64,000 nt of DNA from the human T2T-CHM13v2.0 reference genome, Homo sapiens, in the NCBI RefSeq assembly GCF_009914755.1, contig NC_060944.1, one strand, 5' to 3'. The position numbers and the translations under genes were made by a program. Below, piece after piece: positions 14,094 to 27,110 of this stretch; the stretch's first letter is position 1, and the number at the start of each line of letters is the position of its first letter. The notes below the pieces were generated by a model that was not told the DNA's origin, did not search any database, and saw nothing but the letters and a program-made list of their open reading frames with translations.

Positions 14094-15707
14094 CTAGGGG
14101 AAATGGTATGAGGGCAAAGGATATCTCCACTTCTCCTTAGAGCTGAGCCTGGATCTCAGTCACCACGTGAGTCCACAGTGTGAGCAGGCAGCCTGGCCAA
14201 AAGGGCTCTTGGGTCCCTCAGGCCAGGCCTTTCTGGTGAAGTCCAGGCTCCATATCCCTACCATCAGCACTGACAGAAACAGAAATCTGCACGTCCATCC
14301 TGGAGGCAGGAGAAGGTGACAGGAGGTGCAGGGGCCTGCCAGGGCAGAGAAACCAGAAACCCCCAGAATGCCAAGGGCAGAAGACCCCAGCCTGATCTGG
14401 TGTCTGACTAGTCCCTGTTTGCACACCTCCCACAATGGTGCACTCATTACTGCTCAAGGAGGCCCCCTGGGAAATGAGTGACTGCACAAGTTCTTCTTGA
14501 ACAGACCAATGTGTGTGTGTGTGTGTATATATATCTTATATGTAAATATACATATATGTAATTAGCACATAATAAAGCTATATCACTAACTAGTGAATAA
14601 ATGAAGAATTATTCAATCTGTGATACTAGAACCAATGGTTTAACCATACGGAATCCCACAGAGATTTAGAAACTCAGTAAAAATGTAGCAAAAAAACTAG
14701 AAAAAGAAAATGTATATGAATGACATTTGAGAGTAGAAAAAGGATTCTCTAAGCATTAAAACACTCGAAGAACTCACGAAAGAAAAGATAATGAATGTGA
14801 CTACATAAAAATTTAAAATTTCTCTCTTATAAACTTGAGCATGATAATCAATACCACTTCTTAAAAGGGGCAAAGGTCAAAGCAGATAATTCACAAAAGA
14901 AGAAATACAAACAGCCAATATACATGTGAAAAAAATGTTCAATCATGCATATAATCACAGAAATGCAAGTCAAAACAGCAATAAGATGCCATCATTCACC
15001 TATCAAATTGATTTTTTCTTAATTGCAATGATATTCAGTGCTGGGGATGACAAGATGTGCACTCCCTCACATTGCTGGAAGAGGCGCAAATTGTTACAAC
15101 CCTCCTGGAAATCAGCTTTCTAACATGTATCAAGGACTGTAAAATTCTTTCTACTAGACTCTTTAATATACAAAGAGCATGGTTTCAAAAGGAGGGAGAA
15201 ATGGTATAGATTAAGAGAGACTTGCAAGTTGCATCAACCAAATGAAAAACGTGGACTTTCATTTGGATGCTGATCCAAACAAGCTGGCTCTAAAGAGACA
15301 TTTTTTGAGATAATTGGAGAAAATTGAACATGGCCTGACATTAGATAATATTCAGGAATTATTGTTCATTTGTGTAGGTATGTTAATAACATTCTGGTTA
15401 TGTTTTTAATAAGTTATTTTACCTATGGAGAAGTAAAACAACTTTTGCAGGAGAAATGATACAACATCTGGGACTTGTTTTAAAATATTCCAACAAACTG
15501 GGGAGGAGATGGATAAAACATGATTGTCAGAATGTTAGTAATTGTTGAAGCTGGGTGATCCATGATGGGGTAGGAGGGCCCATTATACTATTCTCTCCTA
15601 TGTATAGCCAGAGCTTTCCTGTAATAAAAGATATTTTGAATATGTCAGTTGAGCCAGCCATCCTTCTTTGAGATTCTATCCTCAAGAAATTATCAAAGAT
15701 CTGCACA

Positions 15708-16615
15708 TAATTTGCAATTTTAAAAATATGGAACCAGCCTAAATGCCCATCAATTCATGAGTGGATAAAGAAATGTGGTGTATACCATGGAATACTATGC
15801 AGCCATAAAAAAGGATGAATTCATGTCCTTTGTAGGGACATGGATGAAGCTGGAAACCATCATTCTCAGCAAACTATCACAAGGACAGAAAACCAAAAAA
15901 CGCATGTTCTCACTCATAGGTGGGAATTGAACAATGAGAACACCTGGACACAGGAAGAGGAACATCACACACCAGAGCCTGTTGTGGGGTAGTGGGAGCA
16001 GGGAGGGATAGCACTAGGAGATATACCTAATGTAAATGACAAGTTAATGGGTGCAGCACACCAACATGGCACATGTATACATATGTAACAAGCATGCACA
16101 TTGTGCACATGTACCCTAGAATTTAAAGTATAATAATAAAAAAAAAGAAAAAAAGAGATGTGGTGTATATGTGTGTGTGTATACACACACACACACACAC
16201 ACACACACCATGGAATGCTACTCAGCCATAAAATGGCGTGAAATAATGGCATTTGCAGCAACCTGGATGGAATTGTAGACTATTATTCTAAGTGAAGTAA
16301 CTCAGGAATGGAAACCCAAACATCACATGTTCTCACTCATAAGTGGGAGCTAAGCTATGAGGATGAAAAGGCATAAGAATGAAACTTTGGGGACTTGGGG
16401 GAAAGGGTCAGGGGAGGTAAGCAATAAAAGACTACACATTGGGTACAATGTACACTGCTCAGGTGATGGGTGCACCAAAATCTCAGAAATCACCACTAAA
16501 GAACTTATTCATGTAACCAAACACCACGAGTTCCCCCCAAACCTACTGAAATTTAAAAAAAATAAAATAAAATGTTAATTTCACAATAAAATGTGAAAAA
16601 ATATGCAGAAATTTT
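15708..16615 (+). mobile_element. L1PB1-like 3' end (interrupted by L1PA)
   Basis: gtaactcaggaatggaaa, gctaagctatgaggatg, gggtgcaccaaaatctcagaaatcaccactaaagaac. Confidence 0.85.
15785..16151 (+). mobile_element. L1PA4/5-like 3' end, 5'-truncated
   Basis: Primate L1 3'UTR with poly(A); 18-bp TSD aaagaaatgtggtgtata (15767-15784) / aaagagatgtggtgtata (16152-16169). Confidence 0.9.
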
Positions 16616-17559
16616 TTAAAAATGTGCACAAAGATTTATGTACATAGATACAAATGAGAAAACTGGTCATGAAAGCAAAAAAAAAACAAAAAGAATCAGT
16701 TATAAGCAAAATATCCCATAACAAGTTATGGTACAGACAAAGAGCTGAATATTAAGCCACCATGATAAAAAGATATTTTTAAAATATCAGAAAATGCTCA
16801 TGTGTTAAGTGGGGAGGAAAAAAGCAAGATACAAAATTGTATATTCACTATGATCCCAATTACCTTTAAAATGAATATAGTTGTGCATTTTTTAAAAGGC
16901 CAAAATGTTAACTGTGGTCATCTTTGGGAGGTATAATTACAAATGATTTTTATTTGCTTCTTTAAACTTTTCTCTATGCAATAAGGTGGAAAAAATGTAA
17001 TTATCTTAAGACATGGTGCCAACATTCCTCTTAGGAAAGAAACTAAGTTGGAGAAACGCTTTGATGAGCACATGGGCTAGAAGCTGAATCCCTGAGGCCT
17101 GGACCATGGGGAAAACTGATGCCAGGCCAAGCTTTGTCTCAGGGTAATATTGGCAGGGGGGACCCTAGGAAGAGGGGAAAGCTTGGAGAACATAAACCAC
17201 CAGGAAATGCACAGAATTCCTGGCAAGTACACTGAATACCCTCCCCTTACAGAACGGAGCAGTCTAGCTCATTTCACCTGGAACTCTGAAAGGTAATGTC
17301 TCTCTCTCTACACCTTAGCTGACATCTCAGTAACCTGGATGTTCCAAGTTCTCTACAATAAGCAGGCATTGCTTCTACAATCAGAAGAAAGCAGTGTTTT
17401 ATTTTTCTTTTTGAAGGAAAACAAAGTTTTCTTTTTCCCAAGCTGGAACCTGCCTTTCTGGAGCCACCCCCTATTGTTATTACCTGGAACTATCCAGACC
17501 AAGTCAGCGCTGTCTCTCACCTGCAGCCTCAGTAGTTTGAAGACAACATTCGCTTCTTC

Positions 17560-18650
17560 TGTCTACTCTAGTTCCTCTGATCATGTGTTGCTAATATTGC
17601 TGTGGTTCTGAATCTCCTCCCGAGGTTAAGTTATCTTCTCTAGGTGAGCTCTAGGAAACCTGGATCCTGTTTAAATTCTAGTACATACACCTGAATACAA
17701 GACATCTGACCAGTTCGAGGTAAAAAGTAACTATCACCTCCCTCAAACTAGGCTCTATACTTCTAATGATACATCCTATAGCTATATTACATTATTACTG
17801 ACTCATATTATGTCAATTATTAAGCTACTGTCTACCAGCTTCAAACCTACCCTTCCAAGCTCTGCTTTCTGATGCTAGAACTGAGACTCTGTAAACCACA
17901 TTTTTTCTTGGCCAGAAGGCTTCATGTCAGGCTTAGCCAACAGGGGCACTAGAGGGAGACTGGAAGGCTGAAAGAGGAAGAGGCATGCTCCTTCATGCTT
18001 CCTCTCTGTTCATGGTTTAGCTCCTGTTCCAGGTAGCTTTGTCTCAACGTGCTACTTTACCCTGGCAGCAGCATTTAGTTCCAGCAACTGAAACTGACTT
18101 CAGTTTTCAGTTTTTCAACCCTTGCAGAACCAGTCTCGTCACGTCCCCCAAAAGACACCAGCACTTGCCAGCTGGCATTTCCTCCTCAGAGGTCTGAGTC
18201 CCAGCTCCTTGAGGCTCTTCCTCCCAGTTTCTAACTTTTAATAATACCAACCTCTTCCCTTTGTTCCCTCAGCCCTCAATGGCTGCTTCCTGCAGTTGCT
18301 CTCTCATAATATCTCAATGTGCAAACGTTTTGCCTTTTCAGCTTTCTGATGACAAATGGTCTTTACACAAAATTCTTCCTGTTAAGATACCTGGTGTGGT
18401 TTCTGTCTCCTGATTGGACCCTGACTGATACACTGCTGCTGAGTCTCATCTTCCCCCACTGTATACCTAGTGGGTGATTTTCTAGATGCAACTGTTAGAT
18501 TTCCTCCTGGTAGGTTTTAACATAGCTTCAGCCTGTCAAGAGATGGTCAGATCCTAATCCTGTCTTCCAACGTGTTTACTATCCCTTCCAGTATCATGTC
18601 ATCTACCAGTGTGATTAACCTATGCTAGAGCCCTGATCCACATCACTAAT
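17560..18650. mobile_element. L3/CR1 remnant split by LTR33
   Basis: actatcacctccctc...ctatacttcta and cccttccagtatcatgtcatcta resemble CR1/L3. Confidence 0.45.
17828..18432 (+). mobile_element. LTR33-like ERVL solo LTR
   Basis: gcactagagggagactggaagg and 3' end ggtgtggtttctgtctcctgattggaccctgactgataca. Confidence 0.75.
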
Positions 18651-18678
18651 TAAAACACCACCTAGGGTGTTTTAATTA

Positions 18679-18968
18679 CAGGCATGGTGGCTCATGCCTG
18701 TAATCTCAGCACTTTGGGAGACTGAGGCAAGTGGATCACTAGAGGTCAGGAGTTCGAGACCAACCTGGCCAACATGGTGAAACCCCATCTCACAAAAATT
18801 AGCGGGGCCTGGTGGTGGGTGCCTGTAATCCCAGCTATTCTGGAGGCTGAGGCAGAAGAATCACTTGAACTCAGGAGGTAGAGTTGCAGTGATCCAAGAT
18901 TGAGCCACTGCACTCCAGCCTGGGCAACAGAGCAAGACTCTGTCTCAAAAAAAAATAAAAAATAAAAT
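18679..18968 (+). mobile_element. AluS
   Basis: Alu dimer with gaggtcaggagttcgagacc; A-rich tail. Confidence 0.92.
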
Positions 18969-20055
18969 AACACCCAGGACAGAGGCCTCCGTAAACTGAA
19001 GAACTCCCTCACTTTCCCCCAAAGCACCCCCCAAGAGGCTTTCCTCATACCTGGATACTAGTGAATCACATCAGAGCTGAGAGTTCTAGAAAGCCTTGTG
19101 TGTGTGAATCTTCCTGACACTGCAATGACAGTGAGTAGGGCCTGGCTGGTGTCAGCTGTCATGGCCTAGGCTCCCTCTGGAGAGGATGGATCTCTACAGT
19201 GAGAACCTGGTGCATCACCTGGAGAGCCACACCCTAGATCTGGAACAACTAGGCCCCCTTCTCTTGGAATTCACTGACCCAGGTCCAGCGTTCATGCTCC
19301 TCACTAATTTCACAGCAAAGCAGCAGTGCAAAATAATAGCAAAAGTCTGTTTTGTAAATTGCATCAATTATATAATTTTCCCAGGAATGATTTTTACATA
19401 TAATTAGCTCAAATTGTCTTACAAAAACTAAAAGGAAGTTGCATCCAAAAATAGCACATGGGTTTTGGTTTACCTTAATTAGAAATGCTTCCTTTAAAAT
19501 GGAAATAAGCAATCTTGCAAATCAAAGAGGCTCCAAGGTCAGGTTTGGGGACCCCAGAATCTCTTGGGGAATCCAGGTGGTTCTTGGAGGATAGATCTTC
19601 TTGGAAAGAGGTTTTTTATTTAGTCAAGAGACGGTCACTCCAGGTGGTCTCACCTCTGGTGTTGGGGAGCAAGACTCTCAGAAAGAAAAGAGACATAAAT
19701 CATTAGCACACACGCCCTTTCTTCCAAGCACTATGCTTGGTCTAGACCCCTCCACGTGGCTTATATGGTCCTCACAAAGACCCTGCATGCCTTAAAACTG
19801 AGGCAGCTGAGTTTTCTGGGGTTGCCATGTTTGCCTAACACTACAAAGGCAGGAAGTGTCAAGGCCTAGAGCGCAACCCAGCTTTCCCCCATCCTTCCTC
19901 TCTAAACTGCCGTGATAACCACAGAATATCAGTGGCTTTGCAAAATGACATTTATTTCTCCCTCAACAAAAGACTCCCAAGGGTATAGCTGACTGAGCAG
20001 CTCTCCAGGAAGTTATCCCCAAGCAAGGACTCCAGGATCCTGGCCCCAAGTCCCT

Positions 20056-20384
20056 CTTTTTTTCTTTTCTTTTTTTTTTTTTTTTTTTTTGTGCGTGTGT
20101 ATGTGAGACAGGGAGGGTCTGGCTCTGTTGCCCAGGCTGGAGTGCAGTGGCATGGAGTTTACTGCAACCTCTGCCTCCTGGGCTCAAGCAGTCCTCCCAC
20201 CTCAGCCTCCCAAGTAGCTGGGACTACAGGCACATGCCACCAAGCCCTGCTAATTTTTGCATTTTTGTAGAGATGGGGTTTCGCCATGTTGTCCAGGCTG
20301 GTCTTGAACTCCTGGGCTTAAGACATCCTCCTGCCTCAGCCTCCCACAATGCTGGGATTACAGGCGTGAGCCACCACGCCCAGC
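20056..20384 (-). mobile_element. AluJ
   Basis: Poly(T) plus reverse Alu; TSD ccaagtccc. Confidence 0.92.
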
Positions 20385-20984
20385 CTCCAAGTCCCCTTTA
20401 TGTCAAGGCTGTGTTCTCTGAGTCCCATCCACTCAGCCAATTAGACAGGAAAGGAGACAAAGTGTGGAAAGGGCACATTCCCTCTTAACTACCTCTGCTC
20501 AGAGGCAGCACCAATCTCCTTACATTCCATCAGCAAGAACTAGTCAGACAGAAGGGGCACTTGAAACAAAGCTAGACAACATTCCCAGAGGCCCCTGAAT
20601 CTGAGTAGGTCCATATGACTAGTTTTTGCTAGTGGAATATAAGCAGAAGAGATGGTCACTGGTGAGCCTCAGACATCTCTGCTCTGAAGCCCACCATAAT
20701 AACCAGGTCTTACCAGTTCCTTCCCCCAAGACTGCAGCCTGCTTCCCTTCCCTTCAGTTCCCGGCTGGATTCCTGGCCCAGAGCCAAAGATAACTCATCC
20801 CTGTGACGGCATGTCATCTCTGTCTGTGACAAGACCTCATTCACCCTTGGACAAAGATGGCTTCTGGCTTGGCCCAGACCAGGCCTGCCACCAACCACCC
20901 TTGGGCATTTGGTGGGGCCAGGTTCCTGGTCCTCACCCACTACCTCTCCACTCCTCTGCCCTGCTTCCATCCCACCACTGAGTT

Positions 20985-21442
20985 CTGTATCTCTTTACTA
21001 GGGCTACTGTAAAAAAGTACCACCAATTGAGTGGCTAAGAAACAGAAACTTACTGTCTCACAGTTCTGGAGGCTAGAAGTTTGTGAACCAGGTGCTGGCA
21101 GGGTTGACACCTGGAGTGCAGTGAGGGGGAATCTATTCTGTGCCTCTCCCCTGGCTTCTGGTGGTTTGCTGGCAATTTTTGGCATTCCTTGGCTTGTAGA
21201 TGCATCACTCTGATCTCTGACTTCAACGTCACATGGTGTTCTCCCTGTGTCTTTGTCTCTGTGTCCAAATTTTCCCTTTTATAAAGACACCAGCCATACT
21301 GGACTAGGCCACCCTAATGACTAATGATAATAATTTTAACTTGATTATCTGCAAAATCTTTATTTCCAAATAAGGTCACATTCACAGGTACTCTGGGGCA
21401 GGACTTCAATATCTTTCAAGGGGTATAATTCAACCCATAACA
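20985..21442 (-). mobile_element. MLT1C-like LTR
   Basis: cagttctggaggctagaagt...tatttccaaataaggtcacattcacaggtact...ttcaacccataaca. Confidence 0.85.
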
Positions 21443-22189
21443 AGACCCCGGAACATAGTAGGGTCTTGTCTGAAGATGCCTTGACAGTCCTGGGCAACCT
21501 TACCTACCTAATAACCAGACAGGAGGAAAAAGTGTTCCTCGGACAGAAACACTCCCAATCTCCTATCCCCAGGCTTGGAATGTGAGTGGTATGGACAGCA
21601 GGCACATGAGAAAAGGAATGCAATAGCCCCTCAGAGCCCTGCAACATCATTAGCCTCATGATGATTAATAAGTATTAATAAGTTATTAATAAAGATTAAT
21701 CAGGACCTTTCCCAAGAGCTACAGAGGAGGCTGGCTAATAGCACAAAACAAATAAATGAAAACAACTAGGAGAAAACCTGAGTTTTCACCAGCCTGAGAA
21801 CCAAGTGGCTACTTCTCACCTCCTGGAGCATGTGAGCCCCAAAGCAGACTGAGATATAAATCCTGCTTTGCCACTTTTTGGCTGAAACATTTTGGGCAGG
21901 CTCATCTCCTCCCCCAGGGTTGGATGAACATCATATAAGAGGTGTTGCACCACATGAGTGCTCTGTAAGCATTGGTCAAGTCTTGGAGGCAAGGCCTGAA
22001 GCTGGAGCCTTGCTTGCTACAGCCGATCCCTGAGCCACGGCCACCCCAGGCCCAGCTCAGCCTGAACAGCTAAGCAGAGGAAGCAAGCCCCAGATGGGGA
22101 GGGCAGCCTCAGAGGTCTCCATCCCTTAGAGAATCTGATGGTGGTGACAGACCCAAATGGTCAGCAACAGCAGTGACAATGATGGCTCA

Positions 22190-22330
22190 ACCCACTCTCC
22201 AAGAGATCCCTATGTGCCAGGCACCACAGGAGGCAACTGCTGTTATCACCCTCACTTTACAGAGGAGGAAATTGAGGCTCAGAGAGGTTACAAGGCTTCT
22301 CTTAGATCACACAGATGGGGAATGATAGAG
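22190..22330 (-). mobile_element. MIR
   Basis: ctttacagaggaggaaattgaggctcagagaggtt. Confidence 0.75.
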
Positions 22331-25300
22331 TCTTAGGATATGACTTGACACAGAGGCTGGACAAGACTTCTTTCTGCTCACCCATGCCTGCCAAGGCCTG
22401 AGCCAGTAACACCTATAATGGACACAACATGGCGATGGAGTTGATAACACACACACATGCACACCTGGATTTCAGAACATCTTTAGGGACTAGGACCACA
22501 TCCCCGCTGTATCCTGTTTCACTTTTCTCCTGATGCTCCTAGAACCTCCCCTTTTGAGGTTCTCAGCAAGTTTATATTTGGGAATAATTGTAACATAATT
22601 TGATAGATAATTAGAGCAGAATTAAGTTAAAAAATGAGTGTTTTTAACTACTCATACATCCCCATGTCATTTAAATAATTCCTAATATATCCAAGCCACT
22701 TGCTTCGTGCGGCACTGATGTGTATTGAACTGAGGATAATGAAATACGGGATGGAAGAGGGAAAATGCTATTTCAGAGTCTGAAGATCACCAATTAATGA
22801 CATGAAAAACCAAGAGGGACTCTGTTCACTTAATGTCCCCTGTGTAGGACACAAATGCAGGACCCCCTAGCAGGCTCCCTGTTCAGTGCCTCCAAGGCAA
22901 TCATGACAGGCCAGAGGGACCAGGTGGAAGGGAAACGGCAGGGGCAGCTCCGAGAGACCGAGCTGCCTCTGTGCTCCCCCGACCCCCCAGCAGGACCAGC
23001 CATTCTTGACATCCCATCCCTCTGCAGTTCTGACACAGCTCTTCCCATAATGCCTCTACTCATTATCCAACACACCTACTGTTTTATGCTAACACTGAGA
23101 TCTTGTAACAAACTCAGAAGCCTTGTCCTACTAAAATAATGCATCCACTCAACCCCTCTATTCATCACGGTGCTGGAGCCCTGAAGGATCTGGTCTCCAT
23201 CTGCACTTCCATCTAAGGCCATTTGCCACTCACTCACTCTCACCTCACAAGTTGTCTTTTAGTTCTTCAAAGACTGGAAGCTCTAGGGCCTTTGCATGTG
23301 CTGTCACCTTCCAACCCCCTCCCCTATATAGACACACACACACATACACACAACATCCTCCTCTTGTTTTCCCACTTTGGCACCACAGCCCAAGTGCTGG
23401 GTATGAACTTGGTATCCAGAAAATTCTTTGCCCTGAAGTTCTCCAACAGCACAGTCCCCAAGAAAGACAGTTCAAGTTTGGATTTTCTCCCAAATGACCT
23501 CTGAAGAGGGGATTTAACTCATAGGATCTGAATTGGCTTCCTCTCCCTGGAGAGAGCCTGGCTCAGGGACAACTGGAGCACACCACAGCCCAGGATGGTA
23601 AACCAGGCAAGTGGTTCCTGCCCAGGAACACTACTGTAAGCCCTGTGCTGCCTCATCTGCCATCGTCCAGGTGCCTGCCCATGGCTAGGGTGTAGCACCT
23701 TCTTGCAAAGCATCCCACACTGCTCCCCCTCCTCCCCAGCTCTCTGAACCCTGCTGAGGTTTGGAGTCCCAACACGATTGTCCTCACTGACCTTCCCCTC
23801 TGGTCCTTATTGGCCTAGGAGTTCTGGCAAGGACCTCGGGGTTCAGTAACCACATTCCTGTACAAGCATCAGAGCCCGGCTCACACTCAAAACACTGCAC
23901 ACCTTGAGGACAGGCTGGCTCCTCCATTGCTGGCCCCTCTGTGCACCAGAGAGACCAAGGACTTGGAGACAGGCCCTGTCTCAAATGTTGGGTCCTAAAG
24001 ACCAATGAGCACATCAGACCTCATTGTCCTGATTCTTGGTTCAGAAAATCTCACCACACTGGTGTTCTCTCCAGGTTTCCAGGCAGCAAAGTGGAGAGGC
24101 TGGGAGCTCAGACTTCCAAACCAGACTTCAGATCCAGGCTCTCCCACTTACTAACTTTGTGTCCTCCGGTACATAACTTTACTCTTTGTGCCTGTTTCCT
24201 CACTGGTAAGTGGAGGTACATGGTAGTGCCTGTGTCCAAGAGTTATTGTGAGATTAAATGAATTCACATTAGGGTCATCAACTGTTCTGTTTTGCCCGGC
24301 ACTGTCCCAGATTTAGCACAAAAAGTCCTGAATCCCAGGAAACTCCTCAGTTCCCAGGATAGCCACCTGAGATAGAGAGAGAGAGTAAGAGAGAGAGAGA
24401 GAGAGAAGATACAGTGCCCGACACATGGTAAATACTAAATAATTTTCTTTTTAGTTTGAGCTAAATGTCAATATACCACTTAACAAAATGTGCCCCTCCC
24501 TTGCCCCACATCCCAGCAGCCTCACAAGATTGATTTGGGGACTAACCCAGTGCCTGAAGCTGGCTTTTCCAGGTCCCTGTGTGAGGCAGACCCCTTCCCA
24601 CTGGCCCAGGATGCCTGGAGGGGTCCCCATGCCCAGGAACATCCTGGCCCATGGCTCCCCTCCCCTGGTACCAGAGTCTTTCTGCTCCAAACAGATGGGC
24701 CCCTGCGGGGACGCCTCCGCACCCTCGGAAGGGCCGCTGTTTGGCCAGGCCCCAGCCCCTTTCACACTCAGGTAAAACTTTAACCACAGGCCTTTGGCGG
24801 CATTGCCGGGCCCTGCGCTCCCATTCAGGGCATGATAAATGACTGCTGTCACCGCAACATGAATGCTCATATTGAAAAGCCCTGCTTTCTGTCTTCCTCC
24901 CTTTCAGGCCGCCAACTTCTCCTCTCTTAAGTCGCCGGGCGTCACTCACATGTCACCCTGTCCTGAATGCCTCCCAATCTGGCACCCCTGCTCCCTCTGC
25001 CCCTCGATTCCCACCTGCCCCACCCCTGCCCCTTCCTCTCTGGTCTCCTGCCCCCCCCCGCCTCCATTCTCTCATTGCTCCTCCCCATCCTGCAGAGCCC
25101 CCACCCCACCATTTCCTCCTCCTTCAGTCCTGATTTGCCCATCCCCATCTCCGGACAGGGGAAGCTCACACTCTTTTCCCCATCACTGTCCCCACAGCCG
25201 ATAACCACACACAAGCCCTCCACCACCGTGTCTCACCATCACTCTCCATGCTAGAGTTGCCTTGGCACTGGCACCGCTGATGCCAACCTACAGGGAAGGA

Positions 25301-25881
25301 AAGTGACACCCAAGGGGACCCCTAAAAGTAAGTAAGAGAGCAGATTCACAGTGCCCTAATACAGTGTCAAGACAGTGTGCTATTGTGTCTGTGTGAATCC
25401 GTGTTGTATTTCTCTGGGAATAGGAAACAAAGATTCCATCAGATCCCCCAAAATGGACCAAGAATCACTTCTCAGAGGCTCTGCTCATCCCATAAAGGCT
25501 TGATGAACACCTATTGGCACTGGAAACACCAAATTAACTCCACATCGTGGGGATCAAAGCCATGCTGTTGGGACAGGGGACACCACAACTCTGATGCCTC
25601 AGCCCAAGGGGCTTCTTTTCTTCACCAATGAGTTCAGCTGCCGTAAGAAGATCCACACCAGTACAGCCCAAGACAGCTGGGGACAAAACCCACTACAGAA
25701 GGAAACATTGTGTGGCATTGTTGAAGCCAGGAAAAACTGCTGGGTTTTTTGTGGGGGGGGGGGGGGGGTGGGCGGGGTGGAAAACTGAAATTTGGGGGTG
25801 GGAAATGGCTGAGTGTAGTCTTGTCTGAGCCAGTGTCCTGAAAAGCTCCAGCATCCATCAGTCTGGCAGCCAAGGAAGCTA

Positions 25882-26282
<401 letters not shown>

Positions 26283-26756
26283 TCATTCCGTAAATTGCTG
26301 ATCATTTCATCATGGAGATGACTTTCAAGTGGCTTTCACTGTGGTAACAAATGGAACAGCAAGGCACTGGGTATCAGAAGAGCATGGTAGCCTCCTGTAT
26401 GCCAGGGTCCCTCAGGACCACCTTCCAAGTGCATTTCCAATTCCACACCTACCCTGGGGGCCCAATGCCCAGGGCTGTCTTGAGACATTTTCATGTTAGG
26501 AACCCCTGTGCATTGTGAGAAATGCGTGCGAGCATACAGAAGGCCATTGCTAAGTCTTCTGTTTCCCAGAATTCACTGAGTGTGGGAGGAAAGGCAGAGC
26601 TCCACTCATTCTGCATAGGATATCCCCTCTACCTCAAAGAGAAGAGCCACCCTAAGGTTAAGGAAGTACCAGACATGGGCCTACACAGGACATGGGTAGC
26701 CACACCTGGCTTGCCAAATGCAGAGCTGAGGCAATGGATTTAGTTCCATGAGAGGC

Positions 26757-27110
26757 TGTATTAGTCTGTTCTCAAGCTGCTAATAAAGACATACCTGAGA
26801 CTGGGTAATTTATAAAGGAAAGAGGTTTAGTTGACTCACAGTTCCACATGGCTGGGGAGGCCTCACAATCATGTCAGAAGGCAAAGGAGGAGCAAAGTCA
26901 CGCCTTGCATAGCGGCAGGCAAGAGACAGAGCATGTGCAGGGGAGCTCCCCTTTATAAAACCCTCAGATCTTGTGAGACTTATTCACTGTCACAAGAACA
27001 GCACAGGAAAGACTTGCCCTCATGATTCAACTACCTCTCACTGGGTCCCTCCCGTGACATGCAGAAGCTACAATTCAAGATTTGGGTGGAGACACAGCCA
27101 AATCATATCA
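26757..27110 (-). mobile_element. THE1C-like MaLR solo LTR
   Basis: tgtattagtctgttctc...acacagccaaatcatatca; 5-bp TSD gaggc/gatgc. Confidence 0.9.

Larger units (their letters stand above)
14540..17000 (+). mobile_element. Old L1ME/L1MC remnants hosting nested younger L1s
   Basis: cacaaaagaagaaatacaaacagccaata...aaaatgttcaatc ORF2 3' motifs; a separate L1MC/ME-type 3' end at ~15150-15640. Confidence 0.7.

Noticed and set aside
17935-17962. CTCF-like motif in LTR33 (gcactagagggagac)
   Set aside because: It has mismatches at key core positions and cannot be supported without a PWM scan or ChIP data.
21440-21470. 9-bp stem acaagaccc...gggtcttgt
   Set aside because: Short enough to occur by chance in 64 kb and has no supporting context.
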